10,089 nt of DNA from Nitrososphaerota archaeon (GTDB lineage Archaea > Thermoproteota > Nitrososphaeria > Nitrososphaerales > UBA57), in assembly GCA_013378385.1 (NCBI GenBank), contig JACAFS010000036.1, forward strand, positions 1-10,089. The letters run 5' to 3'. Within the stretch, counting starts at the first letter, position 1; each line of letters begins with the position of its first letter. The notes beneath the pieces were generated by a model. That model was not told where the DNA came from, searched no databases, and was given only the letters and a program-made list of their open reading frames with translations. The translations under genes and the position numbers were made by a program. Positions 7,004-10,089 of this stretch are shown here, in pieces.

Positions 7004-8395
7004 TTAGATAGAAGAAGTTGATAATAACCAAAGACCAAGTACAGTATAACCAACCATGAGCAGCAATATGGGCGCTTGACTTATGATTGATTTCTTGCTA
7101 TCCTTGAAAATTCTAAGAGATATTCTGTGTGCTACATAAACTGAAAGTATGTGACCAATCACAATTACAGCAACCTGGTAATTCCATAGCAATATGAAAT
7201 CTATTGCCCTAACAATCTCATAAGAACTTGTTCCAAATATATCCCAACCAAAACCAAACGGATCAGAAATCAGCTTAATTATCAGCTGACCGTTCAAAAA
7301 GAAATACGAAGAATAATGCGCTAAATGGTAAACAATTGATATAGGCAGAAGAGCTGGAACAAATCTTTGCGCAAGATCTACAACCGTTATGTCAGTTTGC
7401 GTAATAACTTTGGCTATTGTTACAAACGAATAGAATACAGAGAAGAATACAATAAATGACAATAAAATTCCTATTGTATTAACATAAATTACATCTAATC
7501 GTCCGCTTCCTCCAAATACATCTATTCCGATAAAATCATACCAAAACAAAGTAGAAATCAATCCATCGAACGACACCACGGATAATATCAAAATCAGAAA
7601 ACAAAGTTGATCAAAACGGTAACGTACGTCAAGTAGCCCAGATGCAATGGGACGTAACAGTATCTTTCCATCTGATGTTACACGAGTCATAGAAAAACTC
7701 GAAACAAAATTAAAGAAAACAGTAAAAGGTTCGCAGTTATTCAACCATTTGTCCTTTCCAAAGACCCGCATTCCTGCCAAAACAATTACCGAATAAACAA
7801 AAATTATGTTTCCGAGAAACTGGGGATATGCAGGTGTAGGATAGACCAACTCTATCCATGCAAATATGAGGAAAAACCCGAAGGCAGGCCATGACTTTAA
7901 CTTCTCTGGATACTGTCTCAGAGGCTTCTCATTGAACTTGATTAATTCAAAAATGTTTTTCCATGGATTTACAAAATTCCAACTGTCGCCAAACAGTATG
8001 TGCAGCCATATGAATCCTCCCCACCAAATTACCCAAACAAATGTTGGTGCAAAATTCTTTATTGGAAATTGCGCTCCCAATACTCCAGTAAGAATAGTCA
8101 GTATGAACAATCCAATCGAAATAATTTTGAAAACGTTCAACAGTGATTTATTCTTGTATAACGTATTGACAAAACCAAGATTGCGTAAATTATAAGTCCG
8201 ATACGAATCGTCGTATGACTTGCTCTTTACAAATAGACTAATTATGGCGAATGAAGCGATTACCGCAGCTCCACCACCTAACCAATACAGATATCCAGGA
8301 ATGGGAAGATCTATCTTCGAACCAAAACCATGAGCATAAGCATTGGGCAGAAGCAATAATTGAAGTAGGATTATGGTAAAAAATATTTTCTTCAT
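7004..8395 (-). CDS. Uncharacterised polytopic membrane protein (~11 TM) with signal-peptide-like N-terminus
   Basis: 463 aa. MKKIFFTIILLQLLLLPNAYA|HGFGSKIDLPIP (AxA-type cleavage site, then His22). About 10 further hydrophobic helices. His pairs in C-terminal helices (SIVYHLAHY; IGHILSVYVAHR). No transporter family confidently recognised. Confidence 0.8.
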   Translation of the reverse strand: MKKIFFTIILLQLLLLPNAYAHGFGSKIDLPIPGYLYWLGGGAAVIASFAIISLFVKSKSYDDSYRTYNLRNLGFVNTLYKNKSLLNVFKIISIGLFILTILTGVLGAQFPIKNFAPTFVWVIWWGGFIWLHILFGDSWNFVNPWKNIFELIKFNEKPLRQYPEKLKSWPAFGFFLIFAWIELVYPTPAYPQFLGNIIFVYSVIVLAGMRVFGKDKWLNNCEPFTVFFNFVSSFSMTRVTSDGKILLRPIASGLLDVRYRFDQLCFLILILSVVSFDGLISTLFWYDFIGIDVFGGSGRLDVIYVNTIGILLSFIVFFSVFYSFVTIAKVITQTDITVVDLAQRFVPALLPISIVYHLAHYSSYFFLNGQLIIKLISDPFGFGWDIFGTSSYEIVRAIDFILLWNYQVAVIVIGHILSVYVAHRISLRIFKDSKKSIISQAPILLLMVGYTVLGLWLLSTSSI

Positions 8396-8429
8396 TTCTT
8401 GAACGTATATCTAATTGTGTAATCTCAAC

Positions 8430-8436
8430 AAAAAAA
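8430..8436 (-). terminator. T7 tract between the 267-aa gene and the membrane-protein gene (terminator or attenuator; ambiguous)
   Basis: A7 on the plus strand is T7 on the coding strand, 10 nt after the TGA at 8446-8448. The only TATA-like element for the downstream gene (TTAGATATAC, ~8404-8413) sits just ~15 nt from its ATG. So this may instead be a read-through bicistron, or the T-tract may belong to a promoter. Confidence 0.25.
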
Positions 8437-8445
8437 CTTATTGAA

Positions 8446-9249
8446 TCAAGCCTTAGGCATGACTTCCAAGAATCCAATCAATGTGGCTTTTTCCTCTTCT
8501 TCATGTCCATGTTCCTCTTCCATGTCCATTCCTGGTTCCATCATGCTTTCTATTACAAATGTTTGACTTGCTTGGTTCCCGATTAACTTGTGCTCAGCAT
8601 TAACCAAGCTAACGTAAACTGTATGCTCGCCTTTTGTTATTGATTTCAAAATATACGCTTTCTCATCAAATACCATCAATGCAGAATGATCGTCATCTGT
8701 GATCTCTTCATCTAATTTAATATGCCAATGTATCCCTTTAGAAGGAAATTCTACACCCTCAATTTCCACCGAAACAGTTGCCATATTGTCCATTACCATC
8801 ACTGATTCAATACTAATCTTCGCATTACTCAAATCCATATTCATGTCACCCATATCGCCCATATCATCTTCTCCAGAATGTATCTCAATATCAAACCTGC
8901 CTGGGAGCGTCGCAGAAAAACTCAATACCCTAACCTCATCTGCCATGAGCATTATCTCATGATCGTATTCGTGTATATGAAACCTCAGATTCTCATCAGA
9001 TTTTATGTTAAGCAATACTTGATCCCCTACTTCTACCGAAATTAAAGGCGGATCTAAAGTCATCTTTCGATTAATTATATTTATTTCAAATTCCTTTAGT
9101 TTCTCTTCATCGACCTCTTTAGAAACTTTAATCTCTATCTGATTTTCAACAGATTCATCTTCTGTGCCAGTAAATGTGAAAGCAACCATTGCTAGAAAAA
9201 TTAAACCAACTATTCCAACTAGAAAATTCTTATTTTTTTGTGTACTCAT
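8446..9249 (-). CDS. Membrane-anchored extracytoplasmic two-domain protein: Cys-less cupredoxin-like domain, a second beta-sandwich-like domain, and Met/His-rich motifs
   Basis: 267 aa. N-terminal anchor FLVGIVGLIFLAMVAFTFTG. Cupredoxin-like pattern LISVEVGDQVLLNIKSDENLRFHIHEYDHEI...LSFSATLPGRFDIEIH, lacking the Cys ligand. MGDMGDMNMD linker. Second domain has GIHWHIKLD...KGEHTVYVSLVNAEH. Tail MMEPGMDMEEEHGHEEEE. Confidence 0.8.
   Translation of the reverse strand: MSTQKNKNFLVGIVGLIFLAMVAFTFTGTEDESVENQIEIKVSKEVDEEKLKEFEINIINRKMTLDPPLISVEVGDQVLLNIKSDENLRFHIHEYDHEIMLMADEVRVLSFSATLPGRFDIEIHSGEDDMGDMGDMNMDLSNAKISIESVMVMDNMATVSVEIEGVEFPSKGIHWHIKLDEEITDDDHSALMVFDEKAYILKSITKGEHTVYVSLVNAEHKLIGNQASQTFVIESMMEPGMDMEEEHGHEEEEKATLIGFLEVMPKA
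8833..8862 (-). repeat. Short imperfect tandem codon repeat encoding MGDMGDMNMD
   Basis: Plus strand atc cat att cat gtc acc cat atc gcc cat reads, on the minus strand, as ATG GGC GAT ATG GGT GAC ATG AAT ATG GAT (residues 130-139). Confidence 0.6.
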
Positions 9250-9272
9250 TTCTAATATAGCACTAATTGTTT

Positions 9273-9284
9273 CTATAATAAAAA
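9273..9284 (-). promoter_or_regulatory. TATA-like box upstream of the 267-aa gene
   Basis: Minus-strand TTTTTATTATAG centred ~30 nt upstream of the ATG at 9249. Confidence 0.35.
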
Positions 9285-9296
9285 TCTCACTACGTT

Positions 9297-9338
9297 AAAG
9301 AACTGATGCTAACACTGTTAACAAAAATTCAGTTGTTT
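9297..9338. repeat. Nested inverted repeat between the Cys-rich gene and the 267-aa gene
   Basis: Outer arms AAAGAACTGA (9297-9306) and TCAGTTGTTT (9329-9338) are complementary at 9/10 positions. Inner 11-nt palindrome TAACAcTGTTA at 9310-9320. Lies 4 nt downstream of the stop at 9342-9344 and upstream of the TATA at 9273-9284. Confidence 0.5.
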
Positions 9339-9341
9339 AGA

Positions 9342-9716
9342 CTATCCAGCGCCACGTGGTGCTTGACATACTCCAGCTGGGGAATGACATCTACCAGTCT
9401 GTGCATTGCATACTTGGGCTCCTCCACATCCACAGTCGAATTGACATGTATTGCAAAGTTCGTGAGCATCACATACACCATTACCACATGAGTTCGATAG
9501 AGTTGTACAGGTTTCTGCATCCATCCAATTTGGACATTTATATTTTGGTGCATTTGGAAGTAAAGGTGATATGTCGCCAACCGCAGAGATAGATAACGAT
9601 TCATCTTCTTCACCTATTCCTAACATTGGTACTCCACCTGTAAAGATCATATAACCTACTATTGCAGTTGCTATGAGAAGCGGAATAGGAATAAATTTTT
9701 CATATTGGGCTGACAT
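9342..9716 (-). CDS. Membrane-anchored small protein with extracytoplasmic 11-Cys domain
   Basis: 124 aa. N-terminal anchor FIPIPLLIATAIVGYMIFTGG, acidic linker. C-terminal KCPNWMDAETCTTLSNSCGNGVCDAHELCNTCQFDCGCGGAQVCNAQTGRCHSPAGVCQ contains a CGNGxCDxxExCxxCxxDCG-type module. Own TATA-like box ~31 nt upstream. Confidence 0.7.
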   Translation of the reverse strand: MSAQYEKFIPIPLLIATAIVGYMIFTGGVPMLGIGEEDESLSISAVGDISPLLPNAPKYKCPNWMDAETCTTLSNSCGNGVCDAHELCNTCQFDCGCGGAQVCNAQTGRCHSPAGVCQAPRGAG

Positions 9717-9741
9717 ATACGACTACTAGCGAGTATTTCAC

Positions 9742-9753
9742 TAATAAATATTA
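9742..9753 (-). promoter_or_regulatory. TATA-like box upstream of the Cys-rich gene
   Basis: Minus-strand AATATTTATTAG centred ~31 nt upstream of the ATG at 9716. Confidence 0.35.
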
Positions 9754-9755
9754 CT

Positions 9756-9761
9756 AAAAAA
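9756..9761 (-). terminator. Oligo-T tract (T6) downstream of the cupredoxin gene
   Basis: A6 on the plus strand is T6 on the coding strand, ~21 nt after the TAA at 9782-9784. Confidence 0.25.
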
Positions 9762-9781
9762 TTATTAATTTTATCACTAGA

Positions 9782-10089
9782 TTATCTGGGTATTACGGTA
9801 ATGGTTCCCATCATGTATGGATGTGGCTTGCAAAAATACTGGAATGTACCAACCTCATCAAATACGAAACTTGCATAGTCCTGTCTCTGCATATCCATGT
9901 CGAATATATTGTCCGGAGAAGTCACTGAATGAATTACATCATCTTTATTGTACCAAGTTACCTTCGTTCCTTGTACTATTGTTAATCCATGAGGTTCAAA
10001 ATTATAATTCTCGATATCTATCTGAATTTCACCCATTCCAATCACATCAAGAATCAAAAAGAAGGTCTTGACCGTGTTCTGGCTCTTTG
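9782..10089 (-). CDS. Type-1 (blue) copper protein, plastocyanin/amicyanin-like cupredoxin; 5' end probably outside the window
   Basis: Full T1 Cu ligand set: His in DDVIHSV, then FCKPHPYMMG (Cys-x2-His-x3-Met), ending TITVIPR. The track's 'M' at 10057 is really TTG. The frame stays open to 10089 (...KSQNTVKTFFLILDVIGMG...), so the N-terminal signal or anchor likely lies beyond the edge. An internal ATG at 10036 is the alternative start. Confidence 0.85.
   Translation of the reverse strand, partial: KSQNTVKTFFLILDVIGMGEIQIDIENYNFEPHGLTIVQGTKVTWYNKDDVIHSVTSPDNIFDMDMQRQDYASFVFDEVGTFQYFCKPHPYMMGTITVIPR

Noticed and set aside
7866-8477. ORFs 7866-8195 (+) and 8238-8477 (-) overlapping the membrane-protein gene and its upstream gap
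   Set aside because: These are shadow frames of the 463-aa ORF. The 8238-8477 frame would run across the stop of the 267-aa gene and the T7 tract, and it has no hydrophobic or motif signature.
8699-8962. 87-aa plus-strand ORF antisense to the 267-aa gene
   Set aside because: A Ser/Ile-rich antisense shadow. The minus frame has domain-like structure and a signal anchor.
9352-9359. 8-nt palindrome CCACGTGG
   Set aside because: It lies inside the coding sequence (…APRGAG tail) and is a single occurrence. There is no reason to assign a regulatory role.
9342-9540. Local GC-rich patch as a sign of horizontal transfer
   Set aside because: The enrichment coincides exactly with the Cys/Gly/Ala-rich domain and is explained by amino-acid composition. 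The flanking part of the same gene is normally AT-rich.
9306-9613. Three alternative ORFs (9306-9491 +, 9329-9613 -, 9356-9592 +) overlapping the Cys-rich gene
   Set aside because: The 9342-9716 frame is the longest. It begins with a clean TM anchor, has a TATA-like box at the standard spacing, and yields a coherent Cys-module pattern. The alternatives lack all of these. Residual uncertainty remains because no homology could be checked.
10055-10057. Start codon given by the ORF track for the cupredoxin (M at 10057)
   Set aside because: The codon is TTG, not ATG, and the reading frame is still open up to the window edge at 10089. I therefore treat the CDS as 5'-truncated and do not accept this start.
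9817-10071. 84-aa plus-strand ORF antisense to the cupredoxin gene
   Set aside because: The opposite frame encodes a complete type-1 Cu ligand set; this one is a shadow ORF.
1-10089. CRISPR arrays, IS or transposase genes, integrases, tRNA/rRNA genes, toxin-antitoxin or known defence genes
   Set aside because: I saw no direct-repeat or spacer periodicity, no GC-rich structured-RNA islands in the intergenic gaps, and no ORF with recombinase, nuclease or ATPase motifs. Every gap longer than 60 nt is accounted for by promoter-like AT-rich sequence or by the small nop10 gene.

Overview
AT-rich (about one-third G+C by eye), gene-dense archaeal chromosome. Gene content and order suggest an ammonia-oxidising thaumarchaeon (Nitrosopumilus-like); this assignment is inference. 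Left to right: a truncated gene start, a small orphan basic protein, then a plus-strand replication block (priL-priS-GINS). An abutting rpl44e-rps27e-aglB unit follows. It converges on a minus-strand aIF2alpha-nop10 pair; nop10 is missing from the ORF track and I recovered it by hand. The right third (7004-10089, minus strand) holds four consecutive genes for exported or membrane proteins rich in metal-ligand motifs: a type-1 cupredoxin, a membrane-anchored 11-Cys mini-protein, a Cys-less cupredoxin-like protein with Met/His-rich motifs, and an uncharacterised ~11-TM protein with a His immediately after a signal-peptidase-like site. I read this as a candidate, undescribed copper acquisition or trafficking locus, but that rests on motifs and synteny only. 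I found no rRNA, tRNA, CRISPR, IS or transposase, or obvious defence genes. Most transcription units carry a TATA-like box about 25-33 nt upstream of the ATG and no Shine-Dalgarno sequence, which suggests leaderless or near-leaderless mRNAs.
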